64,000 bases of DNA from an uncultured Thermoleophilia bacterium (lineage in GTDB: Bacteria > Actinomycetota > Thermoleophilia > Gaiellales > Gaiellaceae): the NCBI GenBank assembly GCA_963792995.1, contig CAWBYH010000013.1, positions 9,709 to 73,708 on the forward strand, given 5' to 3'. How positions within the stretch are numbered: the first letter of the stretch is position 1; each line of letters starts with the position of its first letter. Positions 1 through 9,878 of the stretch are shown here, one piece after another. Position numbers and translations under genes: made by a program. Under the pieces are notes generated by a model. That model saw only the letters and a list, made by a program, of their open reading frames with translations. It had not been told where the DNA came from and searched no databases.

Positions 1-1
1 G

Positions 2-2368
2 CTCGCCGGGACGGCGTTCTCATTCGGTCTGGTTCGCGCCGTCGCGAGCGAGATCCCCCTCCTCGACCCCGCGGCGCAACGCGCTGACGTCGACGGGGTC
101 GTGTACGCATCGAACGGCGTCTCCGTCCTGACGGTTCTGCGCGGCGACGAGAGCCGCGTCCTGCTGAAGACGATCGACGACGTCTCGCCGATCATGCGCC
201 AGGCGATCGTCTCGGTCGAGGATCGACGCTTCTACGAGCACAACGGCGTCGACACGCGCGGCATCGCGCGAGCGCTCTGGCAGGACATCCAGTCGAAAGG
301 CGTCGTCGAGGGTGGGTCGACGATCACGCAGCAGTTCGTCAAGAACGCGTACGTCCGGAACGAGCGCACGCTTGCCCGGAAGGTGCGCGAGGCTGCCCTC
401 GCCTGGCAACTCGAGCAACGCTGGCCGAAGGACCGGATCCTCCTCGCCTATCTCAACACGATCTACTTCGGCAACGGTGCCTACGGCATCCAACAGGCCG
501 CGCGCACGTACTTCCACAAGGGAGCCGGCAAGCTCACGCTGGCCGAGTCGGCGCTTCTCGCAGGGCTTCCGGCCGATCCGTCGTTGTACGACCCGACCCA
601 GCACCCGCGAGCCGCGATGCAGAGACGGCACTTCGTGCTCCAGACGATGCTCGACCAGGGCAAGATCACGACGCGCCAGCTCCGCGCCGCTTCGGTGGCC
701 CCTCTTCCGCGGGCGGAGAATGTCCGCCTCCCCGGGACGCAGGGACCCGCCCAGTACTTCGTCAACTACGTCAAGGATCAGCTGATCGCGACATACGGTG
801 CCGGCCGGGTCTTCGGGGGAGGACTGCGGGTGACCTCGACGATCGATCTCGGCCTGCAGGAGACCGCACGGAAGGCGATCGACAGCGTCCTCAGGACGCC
901 GAACGGCCCGTCCGCGGCGCTCGTCGCTATCGACCCTCGCACCGGGGCCGTTCGCGCGATGGTCGGCGGCTCGAACTTCCGGGCCAGCCAGTTCAACCTC
1001 GCGACCCAGGCAGAGCGGCAGCCGGGCTCGTCGTTCAAGCCGATCGTGCTCGCGTCTGCACTCCGGCAAGGCATCTCGCCCGTGACGATATTCGACTCGA
1101 AGCCTGTCGAGATCGACGCCGGTGACAGGATCTGGCGCGTCACCAACTACGAGAGCGAGTATCTCGGTCGCGTCGATCTAGCTCGCGCCATGGTGTCGTC
1201 AGACAACTCCGTCTACGCGCAGCTGACGAAGCTCGTCGGCCCGAAGGAGATCGTCAAGACCGCCCACGATCTCGGGATTCGCAGTGCGCTCGATCCCTAC
1301 TTCTCGATCGGCCTCGGAGCGGTCGCCGTCAATCCGCTCGACATGACCCGCGCATATGCGACGTTCGCGAATCGTGGCGTCCGCGTCGACGGGTCGCTGA
1401 CGAAGGACCGCCCGCGCGTGATCGAACGAGTCGAGTTTGCCCGCACGGGCCGCGTTTCCGAGAACCGCCCCGTCGGGAGGGCAGCGCTCACCACCAACCA
1501 GGCCGACCTTCTCACGTCGATCCTCGGTCGAGTCGTCACCGCGGGCACCGGGAAGCGTGCAGCACTCGACGACCGACCGGCTGCGGGCAAGACCGGCACG
1601 ACCGACAACTACGGCGACGCATGGTTCGTGGGCTACACGCCCCAGCTCGCCGTCGCGGTATGGGTCGGCTACCCCGACGAGCTCAAGCCGATGCTGACCG
1701 AGTTCGAGGGCAAGCCCGTCTCCGGCGGCACGCTCCCTGCCATGATCTGGAAGTCGTTCATGACCCGGGCCGACAGGCGCCTCTCGCTCGAGGCCGAGCA
1801 GTTCCCGCCGACCCCGTACGTTCCCGCCCAGGAGAAGCGCGTCGTCTGGCGCGGCGGCTCGTACAAGCTCGACAACGGGTTCTGTCCGGGCACCCGGGTC
1901 GTCGCCTACTTCTCGGACCGCGGGCCGGCGACCCAGGCCGAGTGCTATGCGAACGAGGTGAGCGTGCCGCTGGTCATCGGCAGGACGGTGTCGGCCGCGA
2001 ACGATTCGCTGAACCGGGTGCCCCTGACGAGCGAGCTGATCGGTGTGCCTGCAAAGGCCGGGACCCGTCCCGGGTACGTGGTCAAGCAAGAGCCGCGAAC
2101 GGGATTCCTCTCGGCCCACGACGCGGTTCGGCTCTACGTCACGCGGCCCGACCCACGGTACGGCCTCGTCCCGAACCTGGTGGGCTCGAGCGCCACCGCT
2201 GCACGGTCACGACTGAAAGCGCTCCATGCAAAGACGAAGCTTCGCTATGCGATCGGCACACCGGGGTCGGTGATCGAGCAGACGCCTGAGCCTGGCGTGG
2301 CCGCCGGCAAGGGGCTCAAGGTGACGCTGGTCGTGGGCCGCGCGAAGCCCACTCCGTCCCCCGGATGA
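2..2368 (+). CDS. Class A penicillin-binding protein (transglycosylase + transpeptidase) with C-terminal PASTA-like repeats; 5' truncated
   Basis: Transglycosylase motifs EDRRFYEHNG, GGSTITQQ, RKVRE; transpeptidase motifs SSFK, SDN, KTG; frame is open back to the window start. Confidence 0.93.
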   Translation, partial: LAGTAFSFGLVRAVASEIPLLDPAAQRADVDGVVYASNGVSVLTVLRGDESRVLLKTIDDVSPIMRQAIVSVEDRRFYEHNGVDTRGIARALWQDIQSKGVVEGGSTITQQFVKNAYVRNERTLARKVREAALAWQLEQRWPKDRILLAYLNTIYFGNGAYGIQQAARTYFHKGAGKLTLAESALLAGLPADPSLYDPTQHPRAAMQRRHFVLQTMLDQGKITTRQLRAASVAPLPRAENVRLPGTQGPAQYFVNYVKDQLIATYGAGRVFGGGLRVTSTIDLGLQETARKAIDSVLRTPNGPSAALVAIDPRTGAVRAMVGGSNFRASQFNLATQAERQPGSSFKPIVLASALRQGISPVTIFDSKPVEIDAGDRIWRVTNYESEYLGRVDLARAMVSSDNSVYAQLTKLVGPKEIVKTAHDLGIRSALDPYFSIGLGAVAVNPLDMTRAYATFANRGVRVDGSLTKDRPRVIERVEFARTGRVSENRPVGRAALTTNQADLLTSILGRVVTAGTGKRAALDDRPAAGKTGTTDNYGDAWFVGYTPQLAVAVWVGYPDELKPMLTEFEGKPVSGGTLPAMIWKSFMTRADRRLSLEAEQFPPTPYVPAQEKRVVWRGGSYKLDNGFCPGTRVVAYFSDRGPATQAECYANEVSVPLVIGRTVSAANDSLNRVPLTSELIGVPAKAGTRPGYVVKQEPRTGFLSAHDAVRLYVTRPDPRYGLVPNLVGSSATAARSRLKALHAKTKLRYAIGTPGSVIEQTPEPGVAAGKGLKVTLVVGRAKPTPSPG

Positions 2369-2885
2369 GATAGCGCCACGGACGATCGGCCGCCCTGGAG
2401 ATGCCGACCCGCGGCGTCGTGACGACGTCGATCCTGCCGACGCCCGCCTCGAGCGCAAACGGCGGCTCTGTGACCGTGCAGCCGTCGTGCTCTCTGGTGA
2501 TCGCGAGCGCCTGTGCCAGACGGCCGGGCCCCGCGCAAAGAAGCGCCTCGGCGACCTCGCCGCGCCGGCGCCGCATCTCGTCGATCCCGCAGGTCGGCTC
2601 GATTGCGCGAAGCAGCACCGCCGCACCGACGCCGATCTCCTCGCAGGCGACGTTGACGCACCAGTGGATGCCGTACGAGCGATAGACATAGAGCGTTCCC
2701 GCCCGGCCGAACATCGATCCGTTCCGCTCGGTGCGTCCGCGAAACGCGTGGCTTGCCGGATCGTCCGGAGCGTACGCCTCGACCTCGACGATGATCCCGC
2801 CGACGCCGTGTAACGAGAACGTGCACCCGAGCAAGGCGCGCGCAACGTCGTGAACGCTGCCCGAGAGCAGCCCCTGGGCGCTCAA
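2316..2885 (-). CDS. mpg: DNA-3-methyladenine glycosylase (AAG/MPG family)
   Basis: IVEVEAY, YVYRSYGIHWCVNV, AVLLRA, GPGRL, RVGIS motifs. Confidence 0.92.
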   Translation of the reverse strand: MSAQGLLSGSVHDVARALLGCTFSLHGVGGIIVEVEAYAPDDPASHAFRGRTERNGSMFGRAGTLYVYRSYGIHWCVNVACEEIGVGAAVLLRAIEPTCGIDEMRRRRGEVAEALLCAGPGRLAQALAITREHDGCTVTEPPFALEAGVGRIDVVTTPRVGISRAADRPWRYLIRGTEWASRGPRPASP

Positions 2886-3151
2886 GCGTCGTCGGAGAAG
2901 AGCTGTGGCTGGTCGGCACGGCGGGCCCGGACGCGGGTTGTCTCACCTGCCGCCGACTCTGCCCCCATCTCGTCGAGAATCGTCTGCTGCGTCCGTGAGG
3001 CAACCATCGCCTCGGGCATGCCCTCGACCCAGACCAGCGTACGGCGCCCGTTCCCCCGGTCGTCGCCGACGATCGGCTCGAGCGCGTAGATCCTGTCCGC
3101 CCGCGCGTACTTGCCGAACCCGAGGAACACCATTCTCGGTGCGCTGCTCAT
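2882..3151 (-). CDS. Small protein distantly resembling DUF370/RemA
   Basis: FLGFGKYARADRIYALEP...GRRTLVWVEG...ASRTQQTI; start chosen from GATACT box 6 nt upstream; stop overlaps mpg start. Confidence 0.6.
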   Translation of the reverse strand: MSSAPRMVFLGFGKYARADRIYALEPIVGDDRGNGRRTLVWVEGMPEAMVASRTQQTILDEMGAESAAGETTRVRARRADQPQLFSDDA

Positions 3152-3219
3152 CCTCGTAGTATCGCGTGCTCGCGCACCGGCAGCCAGTCGATCGCGCGTC
3201 CGTCTAAGCTGGCTCAACC

Positions 3220-4347
3220 GTGGCCAGGCTCCTGCTCTCCCCCCCTCACCTCAGCGGTGCCGAGATCGACCTGGTGCGCGATGCGATCGAGTCGAACTGG
3301 ATCGCTCCGCTCGGGCCCCACGTGGACGCTTTCGAGGCGGAGCTCGCGGCCGCGACCGGCGCAAACAGCGTTGTCGCACTCTCGAGTGGCACCGCGGCGC
3401 TTCACCTCGCTCTCGTCGTCCAGGGGATCGGCGCGGGAGACGAGGTCGGATGCTCGTCTCTGACCTTCGCAGCGAGCGCTTACCCGATCGTCTACAGCGG
3501 CGCGCGACCGTTCTTCGTCGACAGCGACGAGAGCTGGCTGATCGACCCCGCCCTCCTCGACGAGGCGATCGGCGCGAGGAAGCGGGCCGGTGGCCGCGTG
3601 AGAGCTGTGATCGCCGTCGACCTCTACGGACGATGCTGCGACTACGAGGCTCTCGCAGAGGTGTGCGCCCGGCACGACGTCGCCCTGATTCAGGATGCCG
3701 CCGAGTCTCTCGGTGCTACCTACAACGGGCAGCGCTCCGGCTCGCAGGCCCCGCTCGCGGCGTTGTCGTTCAACGGCAACAAGATCATCACGACGAGTGG
3801 TGGTGGCGCCCTGGCGGGCAGCGACGACGCGCTCGTCGCACACGCGCGGAAGCTCTCGACGCAGGCTCGCGAGCCGGTTCCGCATTACGAGCACACCGAG
3901 ATCGGCTTCAACTACCGGCTCAGCAACCTCCTGGCCGCGGTCGGGAGGGCGCAGCTCGCGGTGTTGCCCGAGCGGGTGGCAGCGCGGCAGCGAATCAACG
4001 AGCGCTACCGGGAGCTGCTCGGCGACACACCCGGAATCGCGTTCATGCCGGTCGCGGCCGACGGAACCTCGAATTGCTGGCTCACCTGCGTCATCGTCGA
4101 CGCCGGCCTGTTCGGGGTCGACCGGGAGCAGATCCGGCTAGCCCTGGAGGCAGAGGACATCGAGGCTCGACCGGTCTGGAAGCCGATGCACCTTCAACCC
4201 GTGTTCGCCGGCAGCCCGATGTTCGGCGGCGACATCTCCGCACGCCTCTTCGAGCGAGGGCTATGCCTCCCGAGCGGCTCGGCGCTGACCGACGAGGATC
4301 AGGACCGCGTCGTCAGCACGCTTCTGGCGACGCGGCCCCGACCGTAG
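3220..4347 (+). CDS. DegT/DnrJ/EryC1/StrS sugar aminotransferase
   Basis: SSGTAALHL, DAAESLG, SFNGNKIITTSGGG (PLP Lys), GFNYRLSN. Confidence 0.93.
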   Translation: MARLLLSPPHLSGAEIDLVRDAIESNWIAPLGPHVDAFEAELAAATGANSVVALSSGTAALHLALVVQGIGAGDEVGCSSLTFAASAYPIVYSGARPFFVDSDESWLIDPALLDEAIGARKRAGGRVRAVIAVDLYGRCCDYEALAEVCARHDVALIQDAAESLGATYNGQRSGSQAPLAALSFNGNKIITTSGGGALAGSDDALVAHARKLSTQAREPVPHYEHTEIGFNYRLSNLLAAVGRAQLAVLPERVAARQRINERYRELLGDTPGIAFMPVAADGTSNCWLTCVIVDAGLFGVDREQIRLALEAEDIEARPVWKPMHLQPVFAGSPMFGGDISARLFERGLCLPSGSALTDEDQDRVVSTLLATRPRP

Positions 4348-4350
4348 GAG

Positions 4351-5283
4351 TTACGACGTCGCGGCGACCGCGGTGTCGACGACGTCGAGCCAGTGCGACC
4401 AGCGGTCGTTCCGTCCGTTGACCGTGTCGAGGTACGCCGTCTGGATCTCCCGCGTGACGGGGCCGACGCCGAGCTCCTGGTCGTCGACCGCGCGCACCGG
4501 TGTCACCTCGGCAGCGGTGCCCGTCATGAAGAACTCGTCCGCCAGGTAGAGATCGGAGCGGATCAGCGGCGCCTCCTCGACGACGTATCCGAGATCCTGC
4601 GCGATCGTGATCACAGCATCGCGGGTCAGTCCCGGCAGAATCGACGTCGAGAGCGGCGGCGTGCGGATGACACCGTTCTTCACGACGAAGATGTTTTCGC
4701 CCGGACCGTCGGCGACGAAGCCGTCGTCGGTGAGCAGGATTCCCTCGTCGTACCCGGCACGACGTGCCTCGGTCGTCGCGAGCATCGAGTTGAGGTAGAC
4801 GCCGCTCGCCTTCGAGGCGTGCGGGATCGTGTTCGGTCCGACGCGCTTCCACGACGACACGCAGGTCGTGATTCCCTGCTCGAGCGCGGTCTCCCCGAGA
4901 TAGGCGCCCCAGGGCCAGCTCATGATCACGGTCTCGACCGGATTGCCCTGCGTCGAGACGCCGAGCTGGCCGTAGCCGTAGAACGCGATCGGGCGAATGT
5001 ACGACGCCGGCAACCCGTTGACCCTCACGAGGTCGTGCGTGGCCTCGCGGAGCTCTTCGACCGAGAAGGGGATGTCCATGTAGAGCAATCGTGCGGAGTC
5101 GTGGAGTCGCTGCATGTGATCCGCGAGCCGGAAGACGGCAGGCCCCTTCGGCGTCTCGTAGCAGCGTACGCCCTCGAACACGCCGGAGCCGTAGTGGAGC
5201 CCGTGGACGCCGACGTGCACCTTCGCGTCTGCCCAGTCGACGAGCTCGCCGTTCATCCAGATCTTCGCGGTCTCCTCCATCAT
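4351..5283 (-). CDS. ilvE: Branched-chain amino acid aminotransferase
   Basis: LHYGSGVFEG, YIRP, KASGVY, GENIF, ILPGLTR, GTAAEVTP. Confidence 0.95.
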   Translation of the reverse strand: MMEETAKIWMNGELVDWADAKVHVGVHGLHYGSGVFEGVRCYETPKGPAVFRLADHMQRLHDSARLLYMDIPFSVEELREATHDLVRVNGLPASYIRPIAFYGYGQLGVSTQGNPVETVIMSWPWGAYLGETALEQGITTCVSSWKRVGPNTIPHASKASGVYLNSMLATTEARRAGYDEGILLTDDGFVADGPGENIFVVKNGVIRTPPLSTSILPGLTRDAVITIAQDLGYVVEEAPLIRSDLYLADEFFMTGTAAEVTPVRAVDDQELGVGPVTREIQTAYLDTVNGRNDRWSHWLDVVDTAVAATS

Positions 5284-5323
5284 GCTCCTCCGTGCTCCGG
5301 TCGTGGTTCGCTGTCCCGAAAGT

Positions 5324-5812
5324 CTAGAGGCTCGCTGACTCCTGCGCGATGTCGACGAGAGTGCCCTGCGTCAGTCGCACGAGCTCGACGGGAGCGAGCA
5401 TGGCCATGTGCCGGTCCGACCCGCCGCCGACCCAGACGACGGGTGCGGAGATGATCGTCCGCTCGACGAGCACGAGAGCTCCCGCGGGCACGGGAACGGG
5501 CGAGACGGCTCCTGGCACGAACCCCGTGATCGCCAGCACCTCCTCGGGGCGCGCGACGCGTGCATCGCTCGCGCCCGCGGCACTCGCGATCTTCACCGGA
5601 TCGGCCCGCCGGTCGCCGGGAAGCAGTGCGAGAACGGGTCGCTCCCCGCAGCGGAAGACGAGCGACTTGACGACCTGCTCGAGCGCGCAGCCGATCGCCT
5701 CCGCGGCCGCGTGCGCCGTGGGAGTAGCGGTCGGCAGCTCCTCCAGACGTGCCTCGGCACCTGCCTCGCGGAAGAAGACGGCGACGCGCTCGACGGGGTC
5801 GGGCCAGGGCAT
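5324..5812 (-). CDS. YbaK/EbsC aminoacyl-tRNA deacylase family protein
   Basis: VVKSLVF, TGFVPGAVSP, GGG motifs; TAGAAT 6 nt upstream. Confidence 0.88.
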   Translation of the reverse strand: MPWPDPVERVAVFFREAGAEARLEELPTATPTAHAAAEAIGCALEQVVKSLVFRCGERPVLALLPGDRRADPVKIASAAGASDARVARPEEVLAITGFVPGAVSPVPVPAGALVLVERTIISAPVVWVGGGSDRHMAMLAPVELVRLTQGTLVDIAQESASL

Positions 5813-5838
5813 CGACCGATTCTACGGGCGAAACGGGG

Positions 5839-6306
5839 TCAATAGACGAACGGGACGAGGCGCCGGCGAACGCGCTGTCGGTACGCCTCGTAGTCGTCAT
5901 ACGATCGCTCCAGCAATTCCTCCTCGACCCGGACCTTGCCGACCCAGAGCATGAAGAGCGCCAGCGTGAGAACGAGCGCCGACACGCTGGTGAGGAGCGA
6001 ATAGCCAACGAAGACGCCGAGACCACCGAGGTAGATCGGATGGCGGACGATGGCGAACGGCCCGTCGGTTACGAGGCCGGCGGCGTTCGGCCGGGGGAAA
6101 GGGGTCAGCGAGCGACCGAGCGCGCGCCCCGCCCAGAGAGCGAATGCACCGCCTCCTGCGATCAGGAGGATGCCGAGCGTATCGCGCGCACGGTTCAGAG
6201 ACTCCGGCCAGTCAGGCGGGAAGGCTCCGGCAGCGACGATCACGGCTATGAGCGCGAACTGCCCCGCGACCCAGCCGGCCCCACGGCTCGCGATCGCGGG
6301 CTTCAT
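5839..6306 (-). CDS. Isoprenylcysteine carboxyl methyltransferase/PEMT family membrane protein
   Basis: LVTDGPFAIVRHPIY and EE..L..Y..Y motifs, several TM segments. Confidence 0.88.
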   Translation of the reverse strand: MKPAIASRGAGWVAGQFALIAVIVAAGAFPPDWPESLNRARDTLGILLIAGGGAFALWAGRALGRSLTPFPRPNAAGLVTDGPFAIVRHPIYLGGLGVFVGYSLLTSVSALVLTLALFMLWVGKVRVEEELLERSYDDYEAYRQRVRRRLVPFVY

Positions 6307-6309
6307 CGG

Positions 6310-7887
6310 CTACTCCAGCTCGATGAAGATGGCATCACCGAAGCCGACATTGTGCATCTCCTCGATCAACGCCGCGGAAGGCGGCTCGTCGACCGACAGC
6401 GCCATGAGCGCCTGCTGCCCGTCCCGGGTGCGGGAGACGGCCATGTTCGCGATGTTCGCGCCGTTGACGCCGAACAGGGTGCCGACCTTGCCGATCACGC
6501 CCGGGACGTCGTCATAGCGGAAGAACACCATGTCGGGCGCCAGCTCGATATCGATCCCGAACCCGTAGGCGCTCGCGAGGAAGAGTCGCGCCTCCGGTCC
6601 GATCGCAGTGCCCGAGACCTCGATCTCGTCCCCTCCTTCGGCCGTTACCCGAACCTCGACGATGTTCGTGTAGTCGCGCGATCCGCGATGTTGCTCCTCG
6701 GAGACCGCGATACCCCGCTCGGCGGCGAGCAGCGAGGCGTTCACGTAGTTGACGACCTGATCGACCTTTCCCTGGAAGACGCCGTCCAGAGCCGCGACCG
6801 TGAGAAGTCGCGTGTCGTAGTCGGCGAGCGGGCCGTGCGTCGAGACGACCACGCGGCGCGCGCGACCTCCCGCGAGCTCGACGGCGAGCCGGCCGAGCTT
6901 CGTGACGAGCGGGACGAACGGGCCGAGCACCTCGAGTGAGGCCTTGTCGACGACCGGAATGTTAACCGCGTTCGATACGAGACCACCGTCGAGCGCTGCG
7001 CACACCTGCTCGGCAATGATCACCCCGGCGCGGTCCTGCGCCTCACCCGTCGATGCCGCGAGGTGCGGCGTCACGACGACGCTGTCGATCGCGAGAAGCG
7101 GGCCGTCGTACGGCTCGGCCGAGAACACGTCGAGTGCGGCACCGGCCAGCTTGCCCGACCGGAGAGCGTCCGCGAGCGCCTCCTCGTCGATGAGCGCCCC
7201 GCGGGCGGCGTTGACGATCCTCGCACCGTCCTTCATCCGGGCAATCGATTCTCGATTGATCATGCCTCGGGTCTCGTCGGTCAGCGGCGAGTGCAATGTG
7301 AGGAAGTCGGCGACGCCGAAGACGTCGTCCTCGGTCTCTGCGTGGTCGACTCCGAGCTCGCGGAAGCGCTCGTCCGCGACGAACGGGTCGTAGGCGACGA
7401 CGTGCATGCCGAGGCCGACCGCGCGCCGTGCGACCTGCTGCCCGATCCGGCCGAAACCGAGCACACCGAGCGTCTTCCCCTCGAGCTCGACTCCACCCCA
7501 CGCCGAGCGCTCCCAGCGACCTTGCTTGAGCGCCGCGTGCGCCTGAGGGATGTTCCGCGCGAGCGCCACCATCAACCCGACCGTCTGCTCTGCCGCGGAG
7601 ACGACGGTCGACTCGGGGGCGTTCGCAACGACGATGCCCTTCCTCGTCGCCGCTTCGACATCGACGTTGTCGACGCCCACGCCGGCGCGACCGATCATCT
7701 TCAGGTTCGTGGCGGCGTCGATCAGCTCGGCGGTGAGCTTCGTCGCCGATCGGATCACGATCGCGTCGTACTCACCGATGATCTCTTCGAGGGGGGTCGC
7801 CTGGTCGAGATCGACCTCGAACTTCGACTGCAGCAGCTGCACACCGGCATCGGCGATCGACTCGCGGACGAGAACGCGCATCGTCAT
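6310..7887 (-). CDS. serA: D-3-phosphoglycerate dehydrogenase with ASB and ACT domains
   Basis: [30 protein letters not shown]-terminal ACT (DVPGVIG). Confidence 0.96.
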   Translation of the reverse strand: MTMRVLVRESIADAGVQLLQSKFEVDLDQATPLEEIIGEYDAIVIRSATKLTAELIDAATNLKMIGRAGVGVDNVDVEAATRKGIVVANAPESTVVSAAEQTVGLMVALARNIPQAHAALKQGRWERSAWGGVELEGKTLGVLGFGRIGQQVARRAVGLGMHVVAYDPFVADERFRELGVDHAETEDDVFGVADFLTLHSPLTDETRGMINRESIARMKDGARIVNAARGALIDEEALADALRSGKLAGAALDVFSAEPYDGPLLAIDSVVVTPHLAASTGEAQDRAGVIIAEQVCAALDGGLVSNAVNIPVVDKASLEVLGPFVPLVTKLGRLAVELAGGRARRVVVSTHGPLADYDTRLLTVAALDGVFQGKVDQVVNYVNASLLAAERGIAVSEEQHRGSRDYTNIVEVRVTAEGGDEIEVSGTAIGPEARLFLASAYGFGIDIELAPDMVFFRYDDVPGVIGKVGTLFGVNGANIANMAVSRTRDGQQALMALSVDEPPSAALIEEMHNVGFGDAIFIELE

Positions 7888-9030
7888 ACCGCGGATTCGT
7901 AGGCCGCAAGAGCGGCGGCGCCGGCGGCGCCGCGTTCGACGTCCGCACCCATTTCCACGAGCTGCAACTCGATCGCACCGAGCGCCGTGGTGATGTCGAA
8001 GATATCGACGTAGCCGATGTGCCCGATCCGGAAGAGACGGCCGGCGATGTCGCCGTGGCCCCCCGCAATCGTGATCCCGTATCGGTCGCGAAGCGCGAGT
8101 CGTAACGCAACCGCGTCGATACCGGGTGGGGTCAGGATCCCCGTCAGGACGGCAGCCCCGTCATCGTCCGGCGAATAGAGCTCGAGCCCCATCGCCTTGG
8201 CACCGGCACGGCAGGCTCGACCCAGAGCGACATGACGAGCGTGGACGGTGTCCAGCCCCTCGGCGAGGATCAGCTCGAGTGCTGCGTTGAGCGCGACGAC
8301 CGTGGACGTCGCCGGAGTGAACGGCGTGCTCCCTTTCGCCTGGTTCGTTCGCGCCCGCGCCCAATCCCAGTAGAACCGCGGCAGCGTTGCCTTCGGCCGA
8401 TCGCGCCCAGGCACGCTCGGAGATCGCGGCGAAGGCGAGACCGGGCGGCGTCATCAACGCCTTCTGAGACCCCGTGACGACGACGTCGATCCCCCAGGCA
8501 TCCGTCTCGAGTGGGACTGCGCCGAGGCTCGAGATCGCGTCGACGACCGAGATCGCGCCCGCCTCGTTGCAGGCCGCGACGAGCGACTGGATGTCCGAAA
8601 CCACACCGGTCGACGTCTCGGAGTGCACGAGCAGCGCCACTTCCGCGCCACTGTCGGCGAGCGAACGTGCGACGTCCTCTGCCCGCGGCTGCTCGCCCCA
8701 CTCGTAGTTCAGCGCGACGACCTCGCAGCCGTATGCGGCGGCGAGCTTCTGCCAGCGCGTTCCGAACTCACCGTGCGAGACGACGAGCACGCGCTCGCCG
8801 GGTGAGAGGAGGTTCGCGACCGCCGACTCGAAGGCGCCGGTGCCGGAAGCAGTGAAGACCAGCACCTCGTTCGTGGTGCGGAAGACCTCCTGCAGGCGAC
8901 CGAGCACCTCGGTGAAGACCGCCTTGAAGTCCGGTGAGCGATGGTGGATGACCGGCTCAGCGATCGCGGCCAGCACCTCGGGAGGCACGGGAGTCGGCCC
9001 CGGCGTCAGCAGATAGCGCTTCTTGGGCAT
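7884..9030 (-). CDS. Class V aminotransferase (alanine/serine-glyoxylate type); one frameshift near 8400
   Basis: [28 protein letters not shown] in 8161..9030; TPFTP and FRIGHIG in 7884..8414; overlaps serA start. Confidence 0.88.
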
Positions 9031-9118
9031 TGCGACAGAGCGTAGCGGCGAGCGGTGTGCGGCCCTCCCCTTACCGCGGGGAGACCCGTCCCGACGACGC
9101 CGAGTACGCTTCGATTCC

Positions 9119-9787
9119 GTGGAAGCGCTTCTTGCCTTTGCTGCGACACTCGTCTCGCTCCGCCTGAGCGCAGACCTCGTCCGGCGCCATCGGGAGCGGC
9201 GCGCCCCTCAGCTTCTCGTCTGGGCAGGGGCGATCGCGGCCTTCGCGGTCGGCTCGGGTGCTCTCGCGTGGGGCGCCGCGGCCGGCTGGAGCGACCCGGC
9301 GTTCCGGGTCTACTACCTCTTCGGCGGGTTGCTCGCGGCTGCACTGCTCGGTCTGGGCTCGCTCGTCCTGATCGGTGTCCGATTCGCGATGCCGCTGACC
9401 CTTCTGTACATCGGCCTTGCGATCGGGGTGGCGGTGGCGGTTCCACTCACCGCCCCGGTCACGGGCGGATCGATTCCCGAGGCTCAGGCTCACCTCGCAC
9501 TCTTTCCTGCCCGCGTCCTTGCAATCGTGGCGAACTCCCTCGGGTCGCTCGCAGTCGTCGTCGTGGCGCTCATGGGCATTCGTCGCCGACCCCTCGGCAA
9601 CGCGCTGATTCTCGCGGGCGTTCTCGTCGCCGCTCTCGGCAGCGCCCTCGCGGGGCTCGGCGAGGCGGAATCGGCGCTCTTCTCGGCGGTGGCGGCGCTG
9701 CTCCTCTACGGAGGGTTCCTGGCTCCTAGTCCCTCATCGCGGCCTCTGGCGGACGCTCCCCACGGCTCCGCCGGCGCCGCTCCCTGA
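9119..9787 (+). CDS. Multi-pass membrane protein of unknown function
   Basis: About 7 hydrophobic segments, FRVYYLFGG motif; GTG start 8 nt after TACGCT. Confidence 0.7.
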   Translation: MEALLAFAATLVSLRLSADLVRRHRERRAPQLLVWAGAIAAFAVGSGALAWGAAAGWSDPAFRVYYLFGGLLAAALLGLGSLVLIGVRFAMPLTLLYIGLAIGVAVAVPLTAPVTGGSIPEAQAHLALFPARVLAIVANSLGSLAVVVVALMGIRRRPLGNALILAGVLVAALGSALAGLGEAESALFSAVAALLLYGGFLAPSPSSRPLADAPHGSAGAAP

Positions 9788-9878
9788 GCCAGACCAGGCC
9801 GAGCACGCCTGCCACGACGAGCCCGAGCGACAGCTCGGCGATCAGGCCCGGTGTTCCACCATGAGCGAGTGGCATCAT
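9726..9878 (-). CDS. 50-aa single-TM peptide MMPLAHGGTPGLIAELSLGLVVAGVLGLVWLRERRRR... (absent from ORF track)
   Basis: Start overlaps the upstream stop (ATGA); hydrophobic helix followed by an Arg cluster. Confidence 0.65.
   Translation of the reverse strand: MMPLAHGGTPGLIAELSLGLVVAGVLGLVWLRERRRRSRGERPPEAAMRD

Noticed and set aside
3220-4347. DegT aminotransferase as part of a glycan or antibiotic cluster
   Set aside because: No glycosyltransferase or nucleotide-sugar genes adjacent; it looks like an ordinary orphan copy.
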